A stretch of 64,000 nt of DNA from a virus, in IMG/VR virus record IMGVR_UViG_3300047160_006900, positions 32,001 through 96,000 of that record. One strand, 5' to 3'. The translations under genes and the position numbers were made by a program. Positions within the stretch are counted from its first letter, which is position 1. Each line of letters opens with the position of its first letter. This document shows positions 54,805-63,599 of this stretch, one piece after another. The notes under the pieces were generated by a model. The model did not search any database, was not told the DNA's origin, and worked only from the letters and a program-made list of their open reading frames with translations.

Positions 54805-56480
54805 ACACCACCATGACTACGTCCTGGTTTCGGGAGAACTATCACTCCATCAACTGGTCGGCGCTGCCGCAGGTGGAGGTGAAGTTCTTCGGGCGGGCTC
54901 CCTCGTTCACCGTTGATGCCCAGGCGGTCTTCGATACCTATGAATCGCTGAGCGATATCGAGGGACTGGTGGAGTGGGTCCCGATCGTCAGCGGCATCGT
55001 GTCCCTGCCGACAGCGATCCATGCCAAGGAGTATGTGGAGAACGATCTCGTCGGGCTGCAGCTAGTGGACCCCTCGGGAGCGGTGGCGGCGATCGATGGG
55101 CCAACCTCCTATGGCTGGGTGTTCTATGACCCGCACAGCGTAGGGGTCCAGGAGATCGTCTCGGTGGTGGTCTTCTATCTCTTCGGGACCGTCAACGGGG
55201 TGGTCAATCCGATCATCTGTGCGACCACCCAGGGCATCGGGGAGGGGACGGTCGTCCACGTCGACTCCCTCTTCGGTCAGTACCAGGACTTCGCCGTCAC
55301 CCGGGGGAAGGTCCGCTTCCTCACCGTGGACGAGACCGCCATCCCGACCACCTTCACTGCGGCCTACATCCTATTGAAGCCTGCCCTCCCCACCTGGGAG
55401 AGCGCTCACGCCCAGCACCTGTGGTTGGAACCCCAGCGGACCAACCTGATCGTCAACCCGTCGTTTGAGGCTCCGACCGACGTGGGGGTCCCGGGCTGGC
55501 GATATTCCGGGACCCACGGGGAACAGTTCCCGGGCGGGGTGGATCTCCATCGCCCGCTGTGTGGGCACTTCACGGACCCAGCCCCGATCATCGTGGAATC
55601 CAACTACTTCCCCGCCCTCGGGACCTGGCTCTCGTTCAGTACCTATCTCTCGGTGGCTGCGATAGGTACTCAGGCCGATATCACTTTCGGCCTTGTCGGA
55701 TTCGATGCCAGCTACACCCGGACCACGTTCTACTGTTCGGATACACCGATCCAGTCCCGGATCATCGGGGTAGAACGACTGGATGATCAGGTGACGTTCG
55801 TAACCGACGGTCCGCACGGATACTTCACGACCGAGTCGGTGCTGATCGAGGACATTGGTCCTTTCAACGGGTCGTACTCGGTGGTGGATGTCCCTTCGGA
55901 CGTGAGCTTCACGATCTCCTTGCCGGGATCCGATGTACTGATGGAGGCCGCCAGTGGCCGAGCCACCGTGCAGAAACAACTCCATGCCAGCGGGGGATCC
56001 CCGATCAGCGGGTTCCTGCAGTATCAAGGCATGATTCAGACTCCGGTCGACACCATCGAAATGTGCATGCGGATCGAGGTCACTGGAGCCAGTGAGATCT
56101 GGATCGACAATGCGATGGTCGATCCCCATGAGGGGCAGTTCGGATACTTCGACGGGAACTCGATCGATAGTTTCCCCGATGACTACCGCTGGATGGGCGG
56201 GAGAACGAATCGGCATTTCTCCTGCTGGTATTCCAACTACCTGAATACCCACAACCGATTGTTCTCGGATTGGGACGAGAACGAACAGCGGTACAAGGCG
56301 GGGTTGGTGGAGGAGTGGGCTCCCACCGGAGCCAGCATCATCGATCACTGGGACGCCGTGACCAGCTTCACGCCCCTGAACTGGGCCGGGGATGCGTACT
56401 ACCCGGTCAACGAGGTTGCGGGAACGCCGCTGACGACCCCGACCTCCCGGGTGAGCTTCAAGAATCTCCCTTTGTCCTAA
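54801..56480 (+). CDS. Minor tail / baseplate protein with CBM-like domain
   Basis: RTNLIVNPSFE...IWIDNAMV...YFDG. Confidence 0.7.
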   Translation: MNTTMTTSWFRENYHSINWSALPQVEVKFFGRAPSFTVDAQAVFDTYESLSDIEGLVEWVPIVSGIVSLPTAIHAKEYVENDLVGLQLVDPSGAVAAIDGPTSYGWVFYDPHSVGVQEIVSVVVFYLFGTVNGVVNPIICATTQGIGEGTVVHVDSLFGQYQDFAVTRGKVRFLTVDETAIPTTFTAAYILLKPALPTWESAHAQHLWLEPQRTNLIVNPSFEAPTDVGVPGWRYSGTHGEQFPGGVDLHRPLCGHFTDPAPIIVESNYFPALGTWLSFSTYLSVAAIGTQADITFGLVGFDASYTRTTFYCSDTPIQSRIIGVERLDDQVTFVTDGPHGYFTTESVLIEDIGPFNGSYSVVDVPSDVSFTISLPGSDVLMEAASGRATVQKQLHASGGSPISGFLQYQGMIQTPVDTIEMCMRIEVTGASEIWIDNAMVDPHEGQFGYFDGNSIDSFPDDYRWMGGRTNRHFSCWYSNYLNTHNRLFSDWDENEQRYKAGLVEEWAPTGASIIDHWDAVTSFTPLNWAGDAYYPVNEVAGTPLTTPTSRVSFKNLPLS

Positions 56481-56502
56481 TAGAGAAAATCTTCTCTAGG
56501 AC

Positions 56503-56531
56503 TTGCACATTCTGTGGTTGATAGGTATGGT
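56503..56531 (+). promoter_or_regulatory. SigA-type promoter TTGCAC-N17-TATGGT
   Basis: 17-nt spacer in an AT-rich intergenic gap; TAGAGAA/TTCTCTA dyad just upstream (56481-56498). Confidence 0.6.
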
Positions 56532-56570
56532 ACTTCGTTACCAGAACTTCTTCGTGATATCAACTTCAGG

Positions 56571-57209
56571 ATGGAGCAACCATTGAACGTGCAGTGGGCG
56601 CAGATCGAAGCCGAGTGCGATGGGTATCGTGCCGGGTTCGTAGCGGTGTTCAGGAAGTACGAAGGCCAGTCCACCGACGAGAAGGACGCTCAGGGTCGTA
56701 TCGTCAAGGTGACGGCCTCATCGTTCGCTCTCCACATGGGTGTCGCAATAACCACCTTCAAAGGATGGATGAAGCAAATCGACGGCGTGCGTCGATCTGG
56801 TCTTCAACCAAGCCAGACGCCAGCCACCACCCGCACTGGTCAGATGGGACGGCAGATCGCCAAGAGCCCGACGACCACTGTCGATGACAAGGTCGGCATG
56901 TTGGAGGATCTCATCTCCGACAAGAAGGTCCTCAAGGCCTATCGGGAGAAGCGGGCTCCAGACGTGTCGGAGCACGACGCCAAGGCTGCCGAAGCGGCAG
57001 CGGAGGCCTTCGCCCACACGGTCGGTCAGTCCTTCACGGGACTGGAAGTGCCGATGTGGATCAACGAGATCAAGGACATCACCAAGACCCTGTCCGAGTA
57101 CGAGTACGACGAGGACACGATCACCAAGCTGGCCCAGGTGGTCCGCAAGCTGATGGACGAGATCGAGATCCAGCAGTTCCGCCTCGGTCTGATCGAGGAG
57201 GTCCAGTGA
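56571..57209 (+). CDS. Hypothetical helical protein, possible HTH
   Basis: SSFALHMGVAITTFKGWM looks HTH-like; start uncertain (ATG 56571 or TTG 56583). Confidence 0.7.
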   Translation: MEQPLNVQWAQIEAECDGYRAGFVAVFRKYEGQSTDEKDAQGRIVKVTASSFALHMGVAITTFKGWMKQIDGVRRSGLQPSQTPATTRTGQMGRQIAKSPTTTVDDKVGMLEDLISDKKVLKAYREKRAPDVSEHDAKAAEAAAEAFAHTVGQSFTGLEVPMWINEIKDITKTLSEYEYDEDTITKLAQVVRKLMDEIEIQQFRLGLIEEVQ

Positions 57210-57673
57210 TGGCGACTGATCCTCAGTCCGTGTGGGAGATCTTTGAACAGGACTACCTCGATCTCCTGGGACCGGGGGGAAGGTTCAGCGCCACGTCCCT
57301 TGCTCGTTCCGCTGGGGTCGAGCCATCTGAGGCAACCCGGTGGATCCAGGCGTACAAGTTGGCTCAGCGGGGGAAGCGTTCCCGTACCCGTTACGTGTTG
57401 ACCCGGAAGAACCGAACCTCCGCAGCCATCTGGACGATCGGGACCAAGCTCAAGGATTCTCAGTTGGTGGTCGGCCAGTTCGGTCGGGACCTCCAGAACA
57501 CGCTGCGGCAGGCGGTGCTGCGGGACCTGAATCGTTACGGGAAGATCACCCCGCAAATCCGAAACGCCATCACCGCCAGCCTGGAGCCGATGTTGGAGGG
57601 TATGGGCAAGATGGTCGAGTCGATGTTGGCGACTGCCCATCAGGCCAACGACCCGATCTGGGAAGTGGTCTGA
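57209..57673 (+). CDS. Hypothetical winged-helix-like protein
   Basis: FSATSLARSAGVEPSEATRWI; TGATG coupling to the previous gene. Confidence 0.7.
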   Translation: MATDPQSVWEIFEQDYLDLLGPGGRFSATSLARSAGVEPSEATRWIQAYKLAQRGKRSRTRYVLTRKNRTSAAIWTIGTKLKDSQLVVGQFGRDLQNTLRQAVLRDLNRYGKITPQIRNAITASLEPMLEGMGKMVESMLATAHQANDPIWEVV

Positions 57674-57689
57674 AAGATCCCAGGAAATG

Positions 57690-57720
57690 GAAAGGCCCCT
57701 GCTCCAGCGGGGGCCTTTCT
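57690..57720. terminator. Intrinsic terminator
   Basis: GAAAGGCCCCTGC-TCCA-GCGGGGGCCTTTCT. Confidence 0.8.
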
Positions 57721-57722
57721 AC

Positions 57723-57751
57723 TTGCAGGAAGCAACTATAGGGGATATCCT
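57723..57751 (+). promoter_or_regulatory. SigA-type promoter TTGCAG-N17-TATCCT
   Basis: 17-nt spacer directly after the terminator; heads the replication module. Confidence 0.55.
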
Positions 57752-57761
57752 TGATCTCCCC

Positions 57762-58055
57762 ATGGTGGCGTACCTGTTCATCACCTTCGCGGTGTTCTGG
57801 ATCCTCAAGTTCCTCTGGTTGTGGATCGATGTGACGGACAATGCGGAGTGGATACGTTTCGTGATCACCCCCATCGTGGCGGCGTTGACGCTGATTCCCT
57901 GGAATCAGGGGTGGATACATTGGTATTCGCCGTTCGCCATCGCCGCGTTCGTGTACTTCCTGCAACGACTCGAAGATCTGCTGATGGTGAAAGCAGACGA
58001 AGCACTCATCGCCGTGATGAAAGCGAGGGCATCGGCTACCCGTCGTCCTCGCTGA
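57762..58055 (+). CDS. Small multi-pass membrane protein
   Basis: Three hydrophobic segments and a basic C-terminus. Confidence 0.65.
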   Translation: MVAYLFITFAVFWILKFLWLWIDVTDNAEWIRFVITPIVAALTLIPWNQGWIHWYSPFAIAAFVYFLQRLEDLLMVKADEALIAVMKARASATRRPR

Positions 58056-58065
58056 AGGAGAACTC

Positions 58066-59091
58066 ATGCTGTACACGCTGGTCGGTAACGGCACTGCCAA
58101 TCCCATCGAAATCATCGCCTCGCTCATGTCCCTCCGGGATGCGGTCGGGGCCAAGGATCCCACCGACGAGTTCTGGGTCATCGTCCAGGATCAGGACGAG
58201 CCCAGTGAGACGATCAAGACCGTCGTGGCCTGGCTGAACGACGCCGGGATCTACTTTGAGACCGTCTCGCCTGCTGGTGGTCCGGTCGGGCAGCCCTACA
58301 GCAAGGCCGACGAGATCCATCTGGCCCGCAAGCCGCTCGACATGATGCTGCGACTCACCAAGGGGCGGCTGCAGCCCAACGAGAAGTCGGCCATCCTCCT
58401 GCTGTCCGATAACCTGGCCGAGGATCGGGATGCCCAGTACGCCATCGAGCGGGCGACCGCCGACGACATCCCGGTCTATGACCTGGGTGGGCAGATGGTC
58501 CAGGTCCAGTTGGAGGAGTCTGAGGAGATCACCCCCCCGATCCCCGAGGCGACCACCATCACGATCCCCGAGACCGCTCCCCAGATGGAGGCAGTGGCAG
58601 AGGGAGTGGAACTCCGTCCCCACGTCAACGGGGACTCCTCGCTGGAGCCGGTGGTCACCCATGCGACCGGTCCACTGACCTACACCCTGCTCGACCTGGA
58701 GGATCTCACTCGGGACGAGTTGAAGGCCTTGGTCAAGACCCAGGGCGTCACCCCTTCTGACATGCGGTCCAAGGACTCCATGATCCAGGCCCTCATGGGG
58801 GTGATGGGTACTCCCCGTCAGGTTCCAGGGGAGCCATACGTCACCAAGACCGGCAAGGTGCTCACCGACGAAGACATCCAGGCGCTGGCTGACGAGGCGG
58901 AGCAGGGCTATGACGTGAGTCAGGCGGTCAAGTACGACGAGGCCGAAGCCTCCGCCTTTGAGGCCTTTCAGATCGTGGCCGAGATTCAGAGCGCCTACCT
59001 CCTGCGGGTCGGCAGCAGCGGTGAGGTCATTCTCCAACCCATCCCGCCCTCCAAGATGATGCTCATCGACACCCTGCTCGACGGTGACTAG
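58066..59091 (+). CDS. Multi-domain hypothetical protein (alpha/beta N-domain, Rho-N/SAP-like helix pair)
   Basis: AAGGAG RBS; LEDLTRDELKALVKTQGV...SKDSMIQALM. Confidence 0.75.
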   Translation: MLYTLVGNGTANPIEIIASLMSLRDAVGAKDPTDEFWVIVQDQDEPSETIKTVVAWLNDAGIYFETVSPAGGPVGQPYSKADEIHLARKPLDMMLRLTKGRLQPNEKSAILLLSDNLAEDRDAQYAIERATADDIPVYDLGGQMVQVQLEESEEITPPIPEATTITIPETAPQMEAVAEGVELRPHVNGDSSLEPVVTHATGPLTYTLLDLEDLTRDELKALVKTQGVTPSDMRSKDSMIQALMGVMGTPRQVPGEPYVTKTGKVLTDEDIQALADEAEQGYDVSQAVKYDEAEASAFEAFQIVAEIQSAYLLRVGSSGEVILQPIPPSKMMLIDTLLDGD

Positions 59092-59221
59092 CGGAGTGGC
59101 GACCGAGGAGTGCCCCTCAGGGGGGCTGCATATCTGGAGATATGACGCCCACCTGGGCGGGCTGGCCTACCTCTACTGCAAAAAGTGCGGGAAGGAGGTA
59201 CCCACCGAAGACGACGATTGA
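59084..59221 (+). CDS. Small zinc-ribbon protein (45 aa)
   Basis: Hand translation MTSGVATEECPSGGLHIWRYDAHLGGLAYLYCKKCGKEVPTEDDD*. Confidence 0.55.
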   Translation: MTSGVATEECPSGGLHIWRYDAHLGGLAYLYCKKCGKEVPTEDDD

Positions 59222-59228
59222 GGCAAGA

Positions 59229-59669
59229 ATGAACGAGATGACGTGGAAGACCAAGGCAGCCTGTCGGGATGTGGACCCCTCCCTGTTCTTCCCCGACGGG
59301 GACTACGAACTGGCCGAGCAGAACTGGCGAGCCAAGCGGGTGTGTATGTCCTGCCCCGTGTTGGCCGAGTGCTACGACGCCTACAAGGACGAACGCTACG
59401 GGATCTTCGGTGGGACCACCGCCCCCGAGCGGCTGAACCACATCTCCAAGCGCAGGACCACGGTCGAGAAGGTGTGGGCCAAGAACCGACAGCGTCTCGG
59501 GATGCCTGAGGTGGTGATCCCCGTCTCCGCCCAGCGGCGGTCGGAGATCCGTGACGACGTGCTCTACCTGCACGCCCACGGCTGCGACAACAAGGAGATC
59601 AGCGAGAAGCTGGACCTCCCCCGCTCCACGGTGTGGTCGATCATCAACCGGTCACAAAGGGTTGCGTAG
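59229..59669 (+). CDS. whiB: WhiB-family transcription factor fused to a C-terminal HTH
   Basis: W...AAC...LFFP...AKRVCMSCPVLAEC...YGIFGG (4 Cys); EISEKLDLPRSTVWSII HTH. Confidence 0.93.
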   Translation: MNEMTWKTKAACRDVDPSLFFPDGDYELAEQNWRAKRVCMSCPVLAECYDAYKDERYGIFGGTTAPERLNHISKRRTTVEKVWAKNRQRLGMPEVVIPVSAQRRSEIRDDVLYLHAHGCDNKEISEKLDLPRSTVWSIINRSQRVA

Positions 59670-59702
59670 CCGCTCGTCCGGGTGTTAACTAGCCCGACAC
59701 AT

Positions 59703-59735
59703 GAAGAAGCCCCGGGGACGAACCGGGGCCTCTTC
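59703..59735. terminator. Hairpin upstream of the replication initiator
   Basis: GAAGAAGCCCCGG-GGACGAA-CCGGGGCCTCTTC. Confidence 0.55.
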
Positions 59736-59759
59736 CAGAACCCCTGAGAAGGAGGGGCT

Positions 59760-60770
59760 ATGACTGCTGTCGATAGTACCACACCCGACGGGCAGCGCAA
59801 GTATTACAACCTTGTGCTTTTCGATGCTATTGCCTGTGGGTGGGCATCATCCCTCGGCCTTTCCCTCCGTGAGACGCAGGTCCTGCTCTGGATCGCCAAG
59901 CGGGGGATCCTGACGGAAGAGAACTTCGTCGGGCCGTCCTGGTTCACGCCGCATGGGCAGGCGGAGTGGGCAGCGTGTCTCCATATGTCTCATGACCACC
60001 TGCGAAAGGTCCTGGAGCGGCTACGACGGAAGGGTCTGCTGACCGATGTCCGCAGTCGGAGATTCCGGAAGGCCCCCGGGTATGGAATACCGATACATGT
60101 GATTGACGATGCACAACGCTGGTGTGACGAGCCGTCACATTATGAGAGTGAGGATGTGACGGCTGGTCACATGGAATGTGACGACCTGTCACATGAAAAC
60201 CCCTACGACCCTTATGGGAGTAGGGCTATCGGGCCGCAAGGATATATACCAAACCTAGAAAGAAGAGAAACGATGCCCCTAAAGGGGGAGGCCTCCGGCC
60301 TCCCAGAGAAAGACTGGGAAACCCCGCCTCCTGTAACCCAGTGGGATTACGAGAAGCATCAAGAGGAGTGGTTCGACCCCAAGGGGGAGGGGGAGGACCT
60401 GGAGTGGTCACGTCCTCGGGACAACAGGACTCCTCAGCAACGACAACCAACGACCCGGCTCGCTGGCTACTTCTGGGAGCGCTGGTTGCACTCCCGAGAG
60501 TCCAACACCATGTTGGCTCTGCCCTGGAGTACCAAGAAGGGCGGGTTCATGAAGAACCTCAAGCTCATGCTGCTGGAATACTCCGAGCGTGAACTGTACG
60601 ATATGATTGACAGGTTCTTCACCTGGGGTGTAGATCAGAAGGGCCTGGTGCTGAAGAGCGACGAACTCTGGTTGGACTTCCTCTTCGCCAAGGCCAAGCT
60701 CTATCAGCAGACCCGGCGACCGACGATCCGGGACTACACAGCACACAACGCAGCACTGGAGGACGAGTGA
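59760..60770 (+). CDS. Replication initiator (wHTH, lambda O-like position)
   Basis: QAEWAACLHMSHDHLRKVLERLRRKGLL wHTH; internal DNA repeats; upstream of the loader and helicase. Confidence 0.75.
   Translation: MTAVDSTTPDGQRKYYNLVLFDAIACGWASSLGLSLRETQVLLWIAKRGILTEENFVGPSWFTPHGQAEWAACLHMSHDHLRKVLERLRRKGLLTDVRSRRFRKAPGYGIPIHVIDDAQRWCDEPSHYESEDVTAGHMECDDLSHENPYDPYGSRAIGPQGYIPNLERRETMPLKGEASGLPEKDWETPPPVTQWDYEKHQEEWFDPKGEGEDLEWSRPRDNRTPQQRQPTTRLAGYFWERWLHSRESNTMLALPWSTKKGGFMKNLKLMLLEYSERELYDMIDRFFTWGVDQKGLVLKSDELWLDFLFAKAKLYQQTRRPTIRDYTAHNAALEDE
60123..60193. repeat. Three palindromic 17-bp repeats TGTGAC-N5-GTCACA (candidate origin iterons)
   Basis: TGTGACGAGCCGTCACA at 60123, TGTGACGGCTGGTCACA at 60155, TGTGACGACCTGTCACA at 60177. 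Confidence 0.85.
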
Positions 60771-61354
60771 TCCGCAGCGAGACCGGCAAAGGACATGACG
60801 TCGGATCCGAGGTCCCCACGCACTTGGTTCCTGAGGATCCCGAGCAGGCACTCCAGAAGTACTCGGTGGGGGTTCGGGACATGGTGGAGTCGTACTGGGA
60901 GCAGCGGAGGTGGCAACGAGGTATCGGTGTCCTCATCATTGGCCCTCCCGACTCGGGGAAGACCACATTGGGCCTCACCATCGGTCAGGGGGCATACCTG
61001 ATCGAGGAGTATGCCAACGCCTTCTGGACCGAGCAGGACTTCATCGCTGATCTCCGGGCGTTCTGGACGTGGCAGGACATGATCTCCCGGATGCCCAAGG
61101 ATGACTCCCTCTGGACGTCCTACACCGATTGGGAGCGCCAACTCTGGGACTACAAGGACACCCAGGTCCTGCTCTTCGACGCCTGCTGTCGGGGCTACAC
61201 CCCGATGCACTGGTACGAGTCGGAGGGATTGCTGCGTTTCCGGAGTGATCGCAATCTCCCCACCACGATGACGGTGGATCGAGGACTGCTGGAGGGAGCT
61301 TCGGCCAGCATGCGGAGCATCATGATGAAGCACAACATCGTGATCGACCTATGA
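60767..61354 (+). CDS. DnaC/IstB-like helicase loader ATPase
   Basis: GVLIIGPPDSGKT Walker A; VLLFD; LLRFR....LPT. Confidence 0.75.
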   Translation: MIRSETGKGHDVGSEVPTHLVPEDPEQALQKYSVGVRDMVESYWEQRRWQRGIGVLIIGPPDSGKTTLGLTIGQGAYLIEEYANAFWTEQDFIADLRAFWTWQDMISRMPKDDSLWTSYTDWERQLWDYKDTQVLLFDACCRGYTPMHWYESEGLLRFRSDRNLPTTMTVDRGLLEGASASMRSIMMKHNIVIDL

Positions 61355-61869
61355 CCACCGAGACCAAGAACGTCATCTTCGTGGCCCTGTGTGCGGTGAT
61401 CTTCATCTCCATCGTGGCCATCGGCCTGATCCTGACCCGGAACGACGGCAGTGCTCCGCTTCAGGTCTCGGCAGCCGATCACCCCACCACGACGAAGCCG
61501 GTGACCACCACCACGACGGTCCCCGTCCCCTTCGTGGCCCCGACGACGGAGGCTCCGCCCACCACGCTGTTCAGCCAGGTCGCTGCCCCGACGACGACCA
61601 CAACCCCCACGACCTTGACCGCCGGGAAGGCGGGGTCACCGATCATCATCGTGGCCCCGTCCCCTACCACGGCTCCGCCGACGACGGCGAAGCCGCCGGT
61701 AACCAGCACGGTTCCAGCCACCACGACGACGGCTCCGCCGACCACGACGGTACCCCTGACCACCGTTCCGCCAACCACGGTGCCTCCGACGACCGTGCCC
61801 CCCACCACGGTCCCGCCGACGACCACCACCAAGCCGGTGGTCCCGACCACGATGCCCCCGGCCCCCTGA
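61351..61869 (+). CDS. Membrane-anchored Thr/Pro-rich (mucin-like) protein
   Basis: N-terminal transmembrane helix followed by TTVPP repeats. Confidence 0.8.
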   Translation: MTTETKNVIFVALCAVIFISIVAIGLILTRNDGSAPLQVSAADHPTTTKPVTTTTTVPVPFVAPTTEAPPTTLFSQVAAPTTTTTPTTLTAGKAGSPIIIVAPSPTTAPPTTAKPPVTSTVPATTTTAPPTTTVPLTTVPPTTVPPTTVPPTTVPPTTTTKPVVPTTMPPAP

Positions 61870-62291
61870 TGGAGCACGGGGATCTAGGAACCTGGGTCGA
61901 TCACGGGGTCCTGGTCGTGCTGGAGGGGGTGCTGGCCCAGATCCCCCCGCCGGAGACCGAAGGGTGGTTCCGCAAGCGGCTCATCTGGACCACACCTGAC
62001 CACTGGGGCTGGTCCCGACACGCCATGAAGGTGATCAACGACAAGGCGTACCGGCTCAGCCTCCCCATGGAGGTGATCACCTTCACCGACCCGTGGGTGG
62101 CCGAGGAGGCGACTGAGTGGCTGGACAAGTACTCCGTGGCCGTAGCGGGTTGCCAGCACTACGTCTTCGACTACTTCTGTGAGTCCCTGACCTGGCGACC
62201 GAACGTCCAGGCCATCGTGGATTCCGACCCCAACCGGATCCATCGATACGGGCAGCGGGGGTATCAGACGGTATGGGGAGGAGAGTTCTAG
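61869..62291 (+). CDS. Hypothetical protein, possible degenerate HAD-like fold
   Basis: TGATG coupling; VLVVLEGVLA; abuts the helicase gene. Confidence 0.7.
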   Translation: MEHGDLGTWVDHGVLVVLEGVLAQIPPPETEGWFRKRLIWTTPDHWGWSRHAMKVINDKAYRLSLPMEVITFTDPWVAEEATEWLDKYSVAVAGCQHYVFDYFCESLTWRPNVQAIVDSDPNRIHRYGQRGYQTVWGGEF

Positions 62292-63599
62292 GTGGACACG
62301 CAGGAAGCCTGTCTATCGAAGATCGTCTTGGAAGCGGATCTCACTCCGTTCATCGATGCCCGTATCACGGGGAAGTTCTTCCCTGATCCCAAACATCGCA
62401 AGATTTGGGACATGGTGATGGATCACTTCAAGAAGTACGGGAAACCCCCGGACGAGACCGTGATCCACAAGGCTTACCCGACCTACACCTTCACGAAGTA
62501 CATCGAACCCACGGTCTTCTATCTCCAACAACTCCAGCAGGATCGGAAGAAAGAGATCCTCACCAAGTACGTCCAGTCCTACATCGACCGTATCAACGAG
62601 GAGGAAGGCCCCACCATCGGGGATGAGTTGGAGAGCATCCTGCGGCATGGGATGACCCAGGCTGCTCATGAGATTTCTCAAGGTCGAGATACCGATTTCT
62701 ACCCTTCCGGATCTCTGGTCAAGGCCAAGATCCAGGAGCGGGTGTTGATGGAGGGGAAGCTGAGGGGTATCAGCACCGGCTTCCACGGTATGGACCACCT
62801 CACCAGCGGCCTGCAACCCGAGCAGTTGATCTGCGTGGTGGGCACGGCCAAGGCAGGAAAGTCCTCCATGTTGTTGAAGATGGCGTTCAACGCCCATCGT
62901 CACGGCAGTCGAGTGTTGTTCGTGACCTTTGAGATGTCGATCAGCGAACAAGAAGACCGGCTGGTTTCCCTGCTCACCGGTATCGGGCTCTCCAAGATCC
63001 TCAACGGGAATCTCGATGCGCCTGAGCAGCAGGCGGTCAACAAGGTGTTGGACCTGCGGGAGAGTATGGAGGGGCTCATTCTCTCCAGTGACATCGACGG
63101 GGCGATCACGATCTCCGGGATCCAGGCCAAGATCCAGCAGTACGCTCCGGATCTGGTGCTCATCGATGGGCTGTATCTGATGGATGACGAGACCGGGCAC
63201 GACAAGGGATCCCCCCAGGCCCTCACTGCATTGACCCGCAGCTTCAAGCGGCTAGCTCAGACCGCCCGCAAGCCCATCGTGATCACCACCCAGGCCATGG
63301 ACTACCGCTCCAAGGGCGGGTTGAATATCGGCAGTATCGGATACTCCTCCAGCTTCGCCCAGGACTCCGACATCGTGTTCGGGGTCGAGCCCCACAAGGA
63401 TCTGGACAAGGTCTCCAAGTTTCACGTCCTGGCCTCCCGTTCCACTCCCCGAGGGCATGTCCATTTCCGATTCGATTGGTCACAGGGGATGGTGGAGGAG
63501 ATGGATGACATCGAGTACGAGCAGGCTCTGAACAATCTGCCTCCGGCGAGCACCACGTTGGGGAAGAAGAAGAACAAGGGTGGGTATGGCCGATCTTGA
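62292..63599 (+). CDS. dnaB: DnaB-like replicative helicase
   Basis: GISTGF, GLQPEQL, GTAKAGKS, FEMS, VLIDGLYLM and SFAQDSD motifs. Confidence 0.95.
   Translation: MDTQEACLSKIVLEADLTPFIDARITGKFFPDPKHRKIWDMVMDHFKKYGKPPDETVIHKAYPTYTFTKYIEPTVFYLQQLQQDRKKEILTKYVQSYIDRINEEEGPTIGDELESILRHGMTQAAHEISQGRDTDFYPSGSLVKAKIQERVLMEGKLRGISTGFHGMDHLTSGLQPEQLICVVGTAKAGKSSMLLKMAFNAHRHGSRVLFVTFEMSISEQEDRLVSLLTGIGLSKILNGNLDAPEQQAVNKVLDLRESMEGLILSSDIDGAITISGIQAKIQQYAPDLVLIDGLYLMDDETGHDKGSPQALTALTRSFKRLAQTARKPIVITTQAMDYRSKGGLNIGSIGYSSSFAQDSDIVFGVEPHKDLDKVSKFHVLASRSTPRGHVHFRFDWSQGMVEEMDDIEYEQALNNLPPASTTLGKKKNKGGYGRS

Noticed and set aside
39217-56480. Extracellular contractile injection system (eCIS/Afp-like) or tailocin
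   Set aside because: The sheath, tube and baseplate are CIS-like, but terminase, portal, capsid, neck and replication genes in the same co-oriented unit indicate a complete phage.
60123-60193. Canonical CRP/GlxR binding sites
   Set aside because: The spacer is TGTGA-N7-TCACA rather than N6, and the sites lie mid-gene in an initiator, which fits iterons better.
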